Shown: in pieces, positions 1 through 12,076 of the stretch
Numbering within the stretch: the first letter of the stretch is position 1
How the letters are laid out: every line of letters begins with the position of its first letter
Source of the DNA: Perkinsela sp. CCAP 1560/9
Taxonomy: Eukaryota > Protista > Euglenozoa: Kinetoplastea
Direction of reading: 5' to 3'
NCBI GenBank assembly: GCA_965644495.1
Contig: CBFFSA010000001.1
Location: forward strand, 1,736,001 to 1,800,000
DNA length: 64,000 nucleotides
Translations under genes and position numbers: made by a program
The notes under the pieces: generated by a model
The model's input: only the letters and a program-made list of their open reading frames with translations
What the model was told of the DNA's origin: nothing
The model's database searches: none

Positions 1-143
1 AACAGCCCCCCTTTACCCCCCTTTCAACAAATTTTAATGTACTCCCCCGCCAGGAGACATTGATAGTTTATATGAGCCCTCATCGAAGCGATCACACTAC
101 CTCTTTTCCTGTACCATAGCTCTCTGTGTTTTATTTTGTTTGT

Positions 144-1103
144 ATGCCCACCGTTTCACCTTTCTTTCTCCTCCTCACACGCCTCGTCTTTTTCCCTGCC
201 CCTTGGCTCCCCGCCCCGGACGTGTCCCCGCAGCCGCCTGCCCCGAAACGGCGCAAGTTTGGCAGCAAAGTCAGCGCGGTGACCCTCTCGGAGGTCGACA
301 TGATGCGTCGTCTGGTGCAACACCTCGACCCCACCCTTATCCCCCCCTCATGGGAGAAGCGACCCTCGGCGTGCGCGTGGAAAGGGGTCCGGTGTAATCC
401 GGAATCCCAAGTCACCCACCTGCAATGGCGACGGTTCTATTTTCAAGGCAACCTCTCCTGGGGGTACCTCCCCCCGCATACGGTGGAGGTGAGTGCGGAG
501 CGCGATGGGGCCCCGGGAGGGGTCACGGGCCCCCTGCGCTCTACCGATTTAAGGCCCCCGTTGGTGAAATTTAACGTAGCGGATCACCGCCATCAGGGGG
601 TGTTTGATTTTACCACGCTGCCGGTTACGATGGAGCTGTTGCATGTGATGTCGAACGCGCTTGAGGGTCCGGCGGATCTTACGCAGCTTCCGGCGAATTT
701 ACGCTGCCTGTACGCTCATAAGAGCCGTTTTGTGGGCCCTGTTGATTTTTCCCAGTTGCCGGGGCAAATCTGTGCGATTTACTTAAATCACAATCAGTTG
801 ACGGGGACGCTTGATTTTGAGCATCTCCCTGGGGCTCTGCGTCATGTTTTCCTTGGACATAACCAATTTGAGGGCACGTTGAACGTTACATGTGTTCAAA
901 GTTTATATACCCTTGATGTCTCGCACAACAAGCTGACGGGAGTGGTGGATTTGTCAGCCAAAGGTCTTGACCACATTGTGATTGACATGCGTGGGAACTC
1001 CATTACGACGGTGATCTATAAGAAGTACGCATCCCGGCGTCGTCATTATAGTGACAAAAACCTAACAAGGTATACACCAGAAAAATACGCTAAGTTATCT
1101 TAA
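144..1103 (+). CDS. LRR protein (divergent member of the array)
   Basis: ORF 126..1103, first ATG at 144; cap W..C.WKGV.C; repeats LxxLxLxxNxxxGxxDxxxLP; PKRRK basic motif. Confidence 0.85.
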   Translation: MPTVSPFFLLLTRLVFFPAPWLPAPDVSPQPPAPKRRKFGSKVSAVTLSEVDMMRRLVQHLDPTLIPPSWEKRPSACAWKGVRCNPESQVTHLQWRRFYFQGNLSWGYLPPHTVEVSAERDGAPGGVTGPLRSTDLRPPLVKFNVADHRHQGVFDFTTLPVTMELLHVMSNALEGPADLTQLPANLRCLYAHKSRFVGPVDFSQLPGQICAIYLNHNQLTGTLDFEHLPGALRHVFLGHNQFEGTLNVTCVQSLYTLDVSHNKLTGVVDLSAKGLDHIVIDMRGNSITTVIYKKYASRRRHYSDKNLTRYTPEKYAKLS

Positions 1104-1219
1104 TGGTAACAACGATGAATAAATCTATTTTTAAAATAACATTAGCCAGTTCGTTAAGTGCGGTGGTTACTTTCAACATAGAAGACACAGCTTCCTGGGA
1201 TGGGGGGTATTCGATGAAT

Positions 1220-1251
1220 ATTCGTCGAACAGGACGTCCTGTTCGACGAAT
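1220..1251. repeat. Perfect 32-bp palindrome
   Basis: ATTCGTCGAACAGGAC|GTCCTGTTCGACGAAT. Confidence 0.95.
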
Positions 1252-1664
1252 GGAAACGCGAAGTTCTTTTTGGCAGAAAAAAGATTTCGACGAACGGTTC
1301 TCGGGTTTTGTTGTAAGCAAGACTCAGTGACCGTTGGAAAAGGTAAGCGCCCTCGCGCGCAACAACACGGACGGTATGAACAAGTATAGAAACAGTATCT
1401 TTATGTCTTGAAGGATTAGTACCTTGCTTGCATGGTGCCCAAACCATTTTTCTATTATTTTCTTATTCTTATTCTTATTTTTAATTTTTTTCTATTTGTG
1501 TTCTCGTTTTTTTCCAGTCTGACAGGTTGAGCCCCGAGTCCCAGCAAAATATACTGTATAATACACGGAAAAGAACTACCTATGACTGTCATAGGCAGTT
1601 CTTACTATGTCATAGTATGACGTAAACAGATAGTACGACATGTATGTTACTATGTCATAGTATG

Positions 1665-1762
1665 ACATAGTATGTCCAAGTATTAGAAAGAGTATCATCC
1701 CTTGTAGTCCGATGCGCAACTAACGGAACTGACTTCCTCAAATTCTTCTGGGATGGGAAAAC
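1665..1762 (+). repeat. ~100-bp dispersed direct repeat (second copy ~5768-5866)
   Basis: Both copies share AGTATCATCCC..GTCCGATGCGCAACTA..GACTTCCT.AAATTCTTCTGGGATGG. Confidence 0.8.
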
Positions 1763-2322
1763 TATAGTTGTCCTGAATGCACTTCATGATGTTCAAGAAG
1801 CGACTCTACCAAGACTGTTCGCGGCGATTATGGTCATCCCCATATTTTACACACTGCAGCGCGACGTTTCGCTGCAACTCCAACGTTGTCGCACCGAAAT
1901 TATAGTGCTGGAGTCGTAACCAACACTTAATAGTGAGGGGCTGCGGTTGGGGATTCGGTGCGGTCTCGGTGCGTCGTACGCACTTATCTCAGTGCAAGAA
2001 CAGAAAGTGTGGAATGGGTGGGGGTGGGGGCAGGGGCGTAGAAGGCGAAGGCGAGGCTACATGAATCCGGATATTGTTGGAGAGGAAATCTTAGTGAAAT
2101 TTACGGTTATTAACAAATCTGTACGGTTAGTAACAAATCTACTAAAAGGAATATACGCGTGATTTTACCAAAGAAAGGGGTAACCCTGATACACTCATTT
2201 ATAACTACAAGTTATAACTACAAGTTATCACGAGCCTTGAACGTAAATATTTTTCTTTTTGGTGTACACCCCCTAGGCCCACCGGAAGCCTATCCCCTCC
2301 CCCCGCCCATAAGTAAATAAAA

Positions 2323-3312
2323 TTACTTAGCACACTTATTTGATTTTTTAGGCTCATAGGCAACGCCATCTATATTTTCCTTAAGCCACTCTCTGCGGCT
2401 TTCGATACCATCAACTACACCGCACCCTTTACTACATAAACACTCACCTTCATCACTTGTGGATTTCAAACTTAAATTTATAATCGAATCGAAATCATAC
2501 AGTGGCTGAGTAGCCAGCAGTCCATACTGAACTACAGAAACAATTTGAAAAGCATCTCTGACCCATGGTATATCATGATCAGTACCATGAAGAAAACGAA
2601 ACTTGTCGAAATGTGCAAAACGTGGCTCAATTCGAGAGCGAATCAGTGAAATCCTTTCATTCACACGTTTTTCATCATCGGTGAGACCACGGCCGGTTTT
2701 CTTATAGGGTGCAAGGCAGTGCGCACAACCTATGTACCCTAGATCGGCCAAGAACATTTCATCTTTGTGGTGAGTGAACAGCGGAGTACGATGCACACTA
2801 GTACTCTTATAAATTTTGGCATCATGCATGCTGCCAACAACTGGTCCGCGAAAGAAGAATGGAACTCCGGCCAGAGTTAGCCAAACTTCCACCTTGAAGC
2901 AGTGCTGCCGGTGTTTTCCCGAATAGGTGCTATCTCGGGTGGTTCCATCAGGTGTTTCTCTCGGTTTTCTTGCACGACATGGGATCGTCGTGACGTCCAG
3001 CATGCAGGTTACGTCACATAACCATGATACTCCCTGGGTAAACCGTAGCTCGGGGTTCATGAGCAGGGGTGAACGGCACAGCTGCGCCACACGAGTAAAA
3101 TCATCCCGGAGAGTCCGAATTGAAATCAACAGGGCGTCCGGTGAGAGCCACGCCCTTTGGACATCGTACAACTGTTCCCATGTGCAATTCAGAGAGCAGA
3201 TGCACAATGATGACTGAACACGACGGTAATCAGTCTCCGTAACATCGGATCCATGCACACGTCGGAGCTCGTTGTAGAACTCCCGCACCTGTGCTGCCGA
3301 GATGCCAAACAT
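2323..3312 (-). CDS. Harbinger/ISL2EU-like DDE transposase
   Basis: Motifs LDVT, YSGKHRQHCFK, GSMHD, LADLGY, N...SLIRSRIE..F; ATG at 3312. Confidence 0.85.
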   Translation of the reverse strand: MFGISAAQVREFYNELRRVHGSDVTETDYRRVQSSLCICSLNCTWEQLYDVQRAWLSPDALLISIRTLRDDFTRVAQLCRSPLLMNPELRFTQGVSWLCDVTCMLDVTTIPCRARKPRETPDGTTRDSTYSGKHRQHCFKVEVWLTLAGVPFFFRGPVVGSMHDAKIYKSTSVHRTPLFTHHKDEMFLADLGYIGCAHCLAPYKKTGRGLTDDEKRVNERISLIRSRIEPRFAHFDKFRFLHGTDHDIPWVRDAFQIVSVVQYGLLATQPLYDFDSIINLSLKSTSDEGECLCSKGCGVVDGIESRREWLKENIDGVAYEPKKSNKCAK

Positions 3313-3614
3313 AGAGAGAGAATGAAACGATTGAAAGAAATTTCGATTTAAAAGCAAAATAAGTAGGGTTGTATTATGATTGGGCGGAAATATTTTAGCA
3401 TGTACTTGTTATTAGTGGAATGAAATAACAATTAGTGGAATGAGCTAGTAATTAGGGAAAATCGAACAGAACAGTAGTGGGAACGAAATTGCCTTACCTT
3501 ACCTTGCCTTCTAACTTGCCTTATTACCTTCTTTACCATCTTATTACCGTCTTACCTTCGTAAGACCTTATTACCGTCTTACCTTCGTACTTTCTCGTCT
3601 CATGTGGAGCACAC

Positions 3615-4256
3615 CTATAAGGCCGGGAAACGAACCGAACGATCCAAAGTAGCGATCGGGCTGGCCACCGAATACGAGGGAGGATTGTATTCTGGGGGTG
3701 GTGGTGAGACTTCAGCCCCGCTGCTTGATTCATTTTGACGAGAAGCGGTCCGCTTGCGCTGACGCCACTGCTGGCAAACGCGAGACCGCTTCCCGGAAAC
3801 AGAGCGCCACATGCTGTCCACAAAGTCGCCCACTTCACCTTGGCGATGGAGGGAAAAGAGAGGGTCTTCTTGAAGGTACGCTTCAAGGTCGGCGGTTGCC
3901 TCTCCAAGGAAGTACGCGCTCCGGGGGCGGACGCTCAGAAGCAGATGGCCCCGGCGGTCAACCAAGTGGAACAGGACGCGAGTCACGATGCACGGTTTGT
4001 CAATGTCACACACAGAGCGTGCAACATGTAGGAAGTTGTCCGTCGTGCGTGACACGCGCCCTGCGATTTCATCCACTTTACTACTGAGCTCTGCATTGCT
4101 TATCTCCAAACATGGCTTGGAGAAAACTTCGGGCCTCTTCGTAAAGACCCGGATCGTCGAAGCCTTGATGACATCGAAGAGTTTGTCTTCGGCACTTGTC
4201 TCAGGCTCAAGAGCAGTCAATCGCTCTTGCAATGCGTCATTGCTCTCGATAGTCAT
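3615..4256 (-). CDS. Accessory ORF of the Harbinger-like element, function unknown
   Basis: 213-aa ATG-started ORF inside the TIRs, same strand as the transposase. Confidence 0.45.
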   Translation of the reverse strand: MTIESNDALQERLTALEPETSAEDKLFDVIKASTIRVFTKRPEVFSKPCLEISNAELSSKVDEIAGRVSRTTDNFLHVARSVCDIDKPCIVTRVLFHLVDRRGHLLLSVRPRSAYFLGEATADLEAYLQEDPLFSLHRQGEVGDFVDSMWRSVSGKRSRVCQQWRQRKRTASRQNESSSGAEVSPPPPEYNPPSYSVASPIATLDRSVRFPAL

Positions 4257-4491
4257 AAAAATTTAGGAGAAAAGTTTACGGGAAAAGAAAAACGCGCTGT
4301 TGTTAGTAAAAAGGATGAAAATGATTCAGAGAAAGAAACAAAGGAAAATATAGCTAGAATCGTACACCGAATTCGAAATTCCACTTAAAAATAAAACAAA
4401 TGTAAACTTTTGGCTGTTTTTCTATCTCTCCCCACCGAAAATACGAACCGCGGTCTCGGTGCGGTCTCGGTCCAAGTACCCGCAGCCCCTC

Positions 4492-4990
4492 TAGTGTTGT
4501 GGACACTCTTAGCACCATTAGTATGGTACCCCTTCACGGAGTCGTGGGGACGAACTAAGCCCCCCAACAATCACGCACTATAACAGATCGCGCACTGGTA
4601 AGATGGGGAATCTTGAAGCCGCGGGGGGTAGACGTATCACGACGCTTCACCAGTTTCCAATGGGACCGCCCCGTTTTGCCAGTACCACGAGATTCCGTGA
4701 CAGTAGCGAACCACCAACCTCTTTTGCGTTGTCTTCGCCACCGATTGTATTTTGGTTTGCCGATGAACGTCTCAACGACCTGCACACGACTGAATTCGTA
4801 TTGGGTCATGGTCTCATTACGGAGCGCAGCATTCGCGAGAGTGTGTAGGAGATCCTGGACCACCTTCCGATCATGCCCACGATTACGTGTTATTTGTCCG
4901 GTGCGCATGTTGCTGACAATGCATGCTCATGCAACGACATGTACGAGCAAGACGTGCCCTGGAGTAAGTTGAGTGCGGGGAGAAATAAAG
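4492..4990 (-). pseudogene. Merlin/IS1595-like transposase remnant, continuing at ~1934-1780 across the Harbinger insertion
   Basis: ETFIGKPKYNR, VIVRDCWGA, GYHTN motifs; removing one TAGT copy restores HTNGAKSVHNT-IKCWLR. Confidence 0.75.
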
Positions 4991-5991
4991 GGCGCCCACT
5001 TACATATTTTCAATCGGCAACGGTTCGCCCTGCCGGGGTCAGTACCCGAAGGTTGCAGGAAGGAAAAAAAACGAGGGTCACTGTAAAATTTGCAGGTACA
5101 TTCTTTTTCGTTATAGAAGCGTTTAAAAACTTATCAATGTTTAAAAAAAAGAATTTCTGTGCTAGATAAACTTTTGTAAGCCTGCGACAGTAATTCAACA
5201 TTAACATATATAGAAAATCCTATTCAAAAAACTTGAATATTACCGTATATATTTTCAGAAGAAATATTTGATTACCTACTGAATTTTGTTGGCCGCAATG
5301 CTAACCAGGAAATTGCCCAATCGTAAGTTATTACAGTTAGTTTTTTATAGGGCCCAAAAATGTAATATGCAATAGGATATACAAAATATGTTAGATTTGA
5401 ATACCGACATAGTAGGAGACCAAGGGACACTGTGTACGCACTATATGACAAAATGATTTCAATTTTAGCACATAATGGATTACTTTATTTTCAATAATGG
5501 TGAATTATATTATAAATAGCGGTGTAGCATAAACATGGAAAAATCGAGTAGACGTTGGATTATGATACAAAGCGCCGCCATATTTTGGAGGTGGGTGCAA
5601 TAATAGCCGTCGTTTCCACGACTGTACCTGTCTACAGCTAGTGGCATAACTGTCGGCATAGCTGTCGGCATAGCTTGTTGTCACCCCTTTATGACGACAA
5701 ACATAAAGGGAAATGTATCCCAGTAAAACTCTATCCCAGCAAAATGTATACCAGTAAAACTGCCTATGACATAGTATATCCAAGCATTAGAAAAAGTATC
5801 ATCCCTCGTGGTCCGATGCGCAACTATCGGAATTGACTTCCTGAAATTCTTCTGGGATGGAAAAATACATGTAAAATAAATAGTTATCCTTAATAGCTAA
5901 AAATGTAAAAAGGGCTAAATTTGATTCAGTTTAACCCAAAATACTGATACGGAATCCTTGAATATTAAAACTCTATTTTTTTGTTGCTTTT

Positions 5992-6858
5992 ATGCGATCT
6001 CGCTTTATTAACAGTATGGATGTTCCGGAACGTTCCAGCGCACAGCGCACATCAGATGAAGATAATTTATCGTCAAAGCACAGTTTATCTGGTATGAAGG
6101 TGAATGCAGCGAAAGTGGGCATTACGAATTTGCCTCAAGAGTATCAACTGGCACGGATCTTAGCAGATGTCAAAGATTTGCACAAATCATGGAGTACGGA
6201 AACGCCGGCCTGCAAGTGGGCAGGCGTGAAATGTAACGAACGTGGGGAAGTCACCTATATCGCCTGGGAATTTAACTTATTTGGGCACCCCAATTTAAAA
6301 TATCTGCCACGGAGCCTCGTGCATTTGTATTTGTGGCGCAATATGTTGACAGGGTGCGTTGAGCTGGTTGATTTACCCATAGGACTGGAAGTGCTCAATC
6401 TCTCACATAACCGATTTAACGGAGAAGTTGACTTGACTTCTTTACCGCCGAACCTCCGCGGTCTGTATCTAGGATACAATATGTTTACGGGACAAGTGTG
6501 TGTTTCAAGGCTTCCGACCAGCATTAGAAACTTATACCTCCAGGAAAACACTTTTTCCGGTTATTTTGATTTAACGTCGCTTCCGACCGGCATAAAGAAC
6601 GTGGGTTTAAATCATAATCACTTTTCTGGTAAATTGCACCTCGACCACCTTCCGCCGAACATAATAACTCTTCAGCTGTCAAGTAACCTGTTTTCTGGGG
6701 ATGTTTGCTTGACGAGACTTCCAATGTCCATCGATTTGCTGGATTTATCGAATTGTCCCGATTTGAGCGGCGCTGTATCAAGATCGGCACTACCAGTGCA
6801 ATTGCGCTACTGGAGCGATATGTATACTTCAAACACGCGAATTTATGTGAGTAATTAA
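5992..6858 (+). CDS. LRR protein
   Basis: NLPQEYQLA..SW....ACKWAGVKC cap plus ~7 LRRs. Confidence 0.92.
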   Translation: MRSRFINSMDVPERSSAQRTSDEDNLSSKHSLSGMKVNAAKVGITNLPQEYQLARILADVKDLHKSWSTETPACKWAGVKCNERGEVTYIAWEFNLFGHPNLKYLPRSLVHLYLWRNMLTGCVELVDLPIGLEVLNLSHNRFNGEVDLTSLPPNLRGLYLGYNMFTGQVCVSRLPTSIRNLYLQENTFSGYFDLTSLPTGIKNVGLNHNHFSGKLHLDHLPPNIITLQLSSNLFSGDVCLTRLPMSIDLLDLSNCPDLSGAVSRSALPVQLRYWSDMYTSNTRIYVSN

Positions 6859-8088
6859 AACAGATTTAAGTCATTTACAAATAATGAAGAGAGTTTAATG
6901 GAAATAACATTTATGATACAGTCCAGGTACTGGTTACCCCCCAGGCTCCAGAACAAAGCTTTTGACCCATTTCCTTCTGCATTCAAAAGATCTCGAAAAA
7001 CTAGAGCGTTTCCCGCCGTTTCTTTGCCTATCACCCCCGCTGGGTCAAAAATATTTAGAAAAAACACGAAAATATAACCTAATTTTACTAAAAAATCCCA
7101 ACATTTCAAAAATGTAGTAGTTTATTTACTCAAATACTGTCTCCCCGACCTAAACGCAACCGGATTTTGGCCGAAAATGGCGCCTAAGTAGCCGGTTCAA
7201 AAATATCTCAAGGGGAAAAAATATTTAAGACAAAAAAAACAGAAAAAAAGTCGTGCCGATTCGCAGCGCGGATAGCATCCGTGCTTCTTAGTATTTATGT
7301 TTTGTACTTACAAACTACTGTATGTTTCGTGAGTCATCTTCTAATCGGTGCCGTCTCTAAGCTGTTCCTCACCTTCATGTCCTCGGCAAATGCTTGGGAC
7401 TCTACCCTGGATTATTAAATGAGGGGCTGAGGGTGTCATCTCGCGTAAGCTCTCATGATCTCACGGCCGGATGTTGAAGAAAAGCCACTCTCGCTCCTGC
7501 TCCGTCGAATCCTTTGATGAAATTTGAGTTTTTGTGAGAAATCTCTCTTCTCTAAAAGCTGGTTGCCAACATCGGTGAAAGTAAAGGAAAATTCGCTTTT
7601 CTTATCACTTTTCTTAGCTTGACATTTTCTTAGCTTTTCTTAGCTTGACATTTTTCCTTTCGACAAAAGGACATTATCTACGTACATAATATTGTATATG
7701 ACTATTGTATACCCCTTTTCCGTTATTTTCTATGGTATGCCAGGGGTGTCGGGGGTTCGCTTGTCGAAGAAAGTTCACCCTCAGCCGTATATCACGCCGG
7801 ACGGAAGCATAGTGCGAGCAGTGGCTTCAAAGCCACGGGCTTGTCACGAGAAGGGTATTCTGTGGAAAAAGGCACTCATCACCAAAAGAAATGGAATTAG
7901 AGGATAGTGTGTGGCACTGTACTAAGAAATGCAAGGGTAGATTTCTAGATAGGGTGTAAAGCAATTCTTTTTCAAAAAAGGCGAATTTTGCTTTACTTTA
8001 ACCCCAACATCAGACCTCATGAAAAATTCAAAAGTTGTCAAAATAAAAAATAGGAAAATGTTTCTCGCCAAAAATTTACAACTATTAA

Positions 8089-8785
8089 TTAAAAAAACAA
8101 TAAATTTAAAAACAAATACAAGTTGTTCACAACGTGAATAGCGCAATTATTTTCACCGGGAGCCTGTTGCTCGCAGGGCACATAAGAAATGATGTACGTT
8201 CGTGGAGATAAACATAAGAGTTCAGCTATGCGTGTCTTAAATGAGTGGATGTTGTGCGGAGCCGCGTGAGGGGAATATGACCGCATACTATCGCACACAG
8301 TTATGATTATGAAACGTACACGATTATGAACGTCCACGGACGATCACAAGTACGAAATGGTTGGTACACAATAGGCACGCATGAATTCTTGTGCCGTGGT
8401 CAATAGTGCAGGGCAGGGTACCACGAGCCAGTAACATCCGTACAACAAAAGGCCCAAGAAAAAGAACCTCGTGTTCTGGATGGCGCCTTTTAAAAAGAGA
8501 AATAACCTTCTGATACATACCATCCAAATAAGAAGATGGGATTAGCGCGCCCGCCAGTCGGTAGCTCTTCCACCGTCGTGTTTCCTGTTCCGGAGGAGAA
8601 GTTGACGTGTCTGCGTCACGATCTACGTCTTGGGCTTCTAGGAAGGAAGAAAAATCGTTTCCACGAGCAGTGATAGGTGTGGTACCACCTTTCAAATCCT
8701 TATTAGCAATCACAGCTGATGAAACTATTAAAAGGGCCTTGATGGGTCTTTTGACTGAAATCTTTATTGGAATCTTTATCGGCAT
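8089..8785 (-). pseudogene. Ulp1-like (peptidase C48-type) cysteine protease remnant
   Basis: NHFVLV..., VCDS, QQAPGENNCAIHV give an H-D-Q-C order across two frames. Confidence 0.55.
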
Positions 8786-8801
8786 CTTTGCTTGTATTTT
8801 C

Positions 8802-11800
8802 CATAGTCTAATTAGTATTTTAGTATATACTATAGTATATACTATGAGATACTACTTTTCGAAGGTGTCTATAATCTTATTAAGTGTCTATAGAAATGTA
8901 GTTTTTCCCTGTATATGAATGGAAAGATTTGTCTTTATTGCGACATTTAGGACTGGTACACAAGTATTGCTCAGCCTTTTTGTTTACACCTTATCACTTC
9001 CTTTAATCACCTTGTCACTCACTGTTTTAAATGACGCAACGTTCAAAGAACTCGGAAAGCGCACCTTCAACCCCCACCCCCGAAAACACAAGAAAGCTCG
9101 AAGGCGCAGCAGGGGATGGAAGACTCCAGTGAAGTTGCAAATCCCAAGTCGCTAGAGGAGTACATCTCCGAAGCTCTCCCATGTTTCGCAGCTCAGAGCA
9201 ATCTTTCTACCGAAGGATTCCTCGAGTGCGTAAAGAACTTATTTCAAGAATTTCCCCCCGACATACATCCTTCAGAAGCTGCATCGATCCTTCCTTCTCC
9301 TCACGAATTTCATATCAGTGAACGTCGAATTGCCGACATGATCTGGGAAGACATTCGACGAACCATAGATGGAGCTAAATTCTTTGGCCTCGCAAATCGA
9401 CGGTGGAGTTGACAGGGTTCTTAGCGAACATGTACTTATCGCCATTTTGTATGTTGTGGATCGCCACTTTATTCTCCCACCTATCTACCACCCTAAGCAC
9501 AAATCATTTAACGGTAGCGAGATGGCACAATCCCTGATAGAAGTACTTCGGTCATGCCTCTCCGAGAGCCGACTCCTAAAGTTGCGATTCATAATGGCAG
9601 ACGGAGCCCCAGTAAATAATGTGGCTAGGCAGGAAATAGAAACCACTATGTTAGGCATTCGTGACTCTCTTGTTTCCGCAGAGGAAGAATTTTACTCGCG
9701 CCTCAGCTCTATCGGAAGCACGGACCGGGAGAACATTGTAATTGGCGTGACGAAGCACTGTCCACGTGTCGCGCTATTACCATGCTTCGGACACTTGTTT
9801 CATAATATGGCCAAAGATGCAATGCAGCACTACGCAAATCTGCCAATTATGAAAGTAAGAACATACTTCTCCAGGATTTTCTATGCAGGGGACCGTGTGG
9901 GGGCAAAGAAGGGGAAGTATTTCGGAAAAGCTCTTGAAGATATATTAAGCGCCTTTGACGAAGAGACTCAAAAAGCTGAATCGTACTTTAAATCTTTTTA
10001 TCGTTCTGTGAACAGCGAAAACCTTGACAAGAGGGGTCGCAGGGACACCATAGCTCATCTCAAGGAAGCATTGCAAACTCTCTCGAAAGTATCTTTAAAG
10101 GCACGCGATGTGTTTGCCGAACTGAATCAAACTCTGGAAATAGAAGACCAATGTGAGATTCTAATTGCGAAAGGTGCTAGTGTGGTGAAATCCATTGCAT
10201 ATTCTCATGAAATTCGAGCCGTCACTTCTCCCAAACTTGGCGGGGTCACGCGATGGCTCGCGGATAAATTCGAAAGCATGAGGTTTTTGGCTGATCAGTT
10301 GCCTACTGTCGCATCCTTCATAAAAAGTGAACTGGAAACTCTGCGAGCCCCTCAATCTGTCCACCATTTGGCTGATTTGTTCGAAAACAACTCTTCGAAC
10401 GACTTGATGCAGTCTGCGAAGGATTTCCTGAAAGACTGTATGCCGTTACGCATCGCACAAGAAAAATTCTCTGACATGTAGGATCGTCCTATGGCAACTC
10501 TTGTTCATCCAACTTTGCGACAGCTTGTCGAGTCTGCTGAGAATTCACCCAGGCATTTCTTAGAGTCGATACATCGGCACGTCAATAGAGTATGCTCAAA
10601 CCACGAGATGAAGGTATGGGCAGCTGTGATGTGGTTTTCGCCTGAGTGGATCCTCTTATCCGCTCGACCTCGCAAGAAGGAATCCCTTTCAGTGAAACGG
10701 GTAAATGATTTGTTGGGAACTGGCGACCCGATTTTCGACATTACTATTGAGGAATGGAGTACGTACGTAAACTGCGACGATTACCAGTGGACACCCGGCA
10801 TGAGCGATCTTGAGTGGTGGCAAACACTTGGGTTGAAACATTTTCCGACAATTTTTGAAGCTGCATTGCATTACCTATGGCTTCCTCCGCTAGTGACGGC
10901 ATGTGACTCTATCCTTTCGGTGCTTTCCTGGAAATATTGTGCCCGTCAAGCTCGCATTGGAACAGATGTTGTAGCGACACAAATGTTTCTTCGCGGAAAC
11001 GAGAACTCGCTACCGTATCGTACAAGTCGTGCAAAAAAGGCGGCAAAGCGTGGATCTGACACGGAACACTCCATATAAAACAATATCGAACTACATGGCG
11101 CACAGAGTATTATACATATAGAGTATCGTAGCATACAGGGTATACATTGCGGTAAATATCAATTGAATTGCGGTAAATAGAATATGTGGTAATATTGCGA
11201 TAATATTCGTACGTCCAGAGCTCCGTTTTGTGGTATTTCTTCTCCGTATCTGAGATATTTTTCTCTGGTTTTTTTCTCAGTGTTCAACAAGCGAAATACT
11301 TTTTTCGTCCACAGCAACGGTTTATTGTACTATTACGCACTATGTATTGACGTCGGAACTGGGTTCTGTGGTTTAACTCAGTGTCGTGTAAGTCCTTGAA
11401 GTATTCCTTCAGGTATCTTTATCAATTCAGAATAACATATAAATAAATATTTATGCATTGATGAAAATAGCCACGTTTAGTATTTTTTATTACACTACAA
11501 TATATTAATTTTATTCGTATATTCGTGCTACACGCTCTTGATCTGTTTCTTTTCTTACATCATATACCAATGAAAAATATGTGAGGAAGCGTTTGTGCGC
11601 GGAATGCGAGATCTGAGCTCCTTTCACCCCTTAACTCACTTTTCCACGCACTCGACTCAACTTTCGCTCAGGATAAGCATCCTTTCACCTCTCTGTGCGC
11701 ATCTGCGCTGTGGTAAACCAAATCAATTCCTGATTTTTAAGGAAGTTTATTGGTTGATTTGTTAAGTAACTGTTGGAGAATGAAGCATTCAGCATATTCT

Positions 11801-11971
11801 CCTGCTTCCTTTGTCTTGAACGTTGAATTGCTTGAAGTTTTCCATGCGTCCGTTGATTACGATTAGTAAATACCCAGTCTACAAAAAAGTAGTATCTCAT
11901 AGTATATACTATAGTATATACTAGCCGAATACTAGTGTTTTAGTATATACTAGTATACTAGTTAGACTATG
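8802..11971 (+). mobile_element. hAT-type DNA transposon with 6-bp TSD
   Basis: TIR CATAGTCTAA..TTAGACTATG extended by ~40 bp of inverted TAGTATATAC repeats; ATTTTC on both sides (8796-8801, 11972-11977). Confidence 0.85.
9116..11078 (+). pseudogene. hAT transposase, disrupted (frameshift near 9370-9410, stop at 10481)
   Basis: ADGA, CFGH (CxxH), TRW, and WW....FP....A..YLWLP dimerization motif. Confidence 0.8.
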
Positions 11972-12076
11972 ATTTTCGTGGGTATAACGGCCTGTTATAC
12001 CATCTGAAATCTGTGTCGTATACACACATATGTCGACCAGGTTTTTGCGTGCGTCTCCCCCACCAATTGTATTACT

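Larger units (their letters stand above)
1935..4491 (-). mobile_element. Harbinger/IS5-like (DDE_Tnp_4-type) DNA transposon with two ORFs
   Basis: TIRs GAGGGGCTGCGG / CCGCAGCCCCTC; TAGT duplicated on both sides; subterminal CGGTCTCGGTGCG repeats; contains transposase ORF. Confidence 0.85.

Noticed and set aside
6127-6170. F-box in NLPQEYQLA
   Set aside because: Better explained as the helix of the LRRNT_2-like cap leading into W..C.W.GV.C
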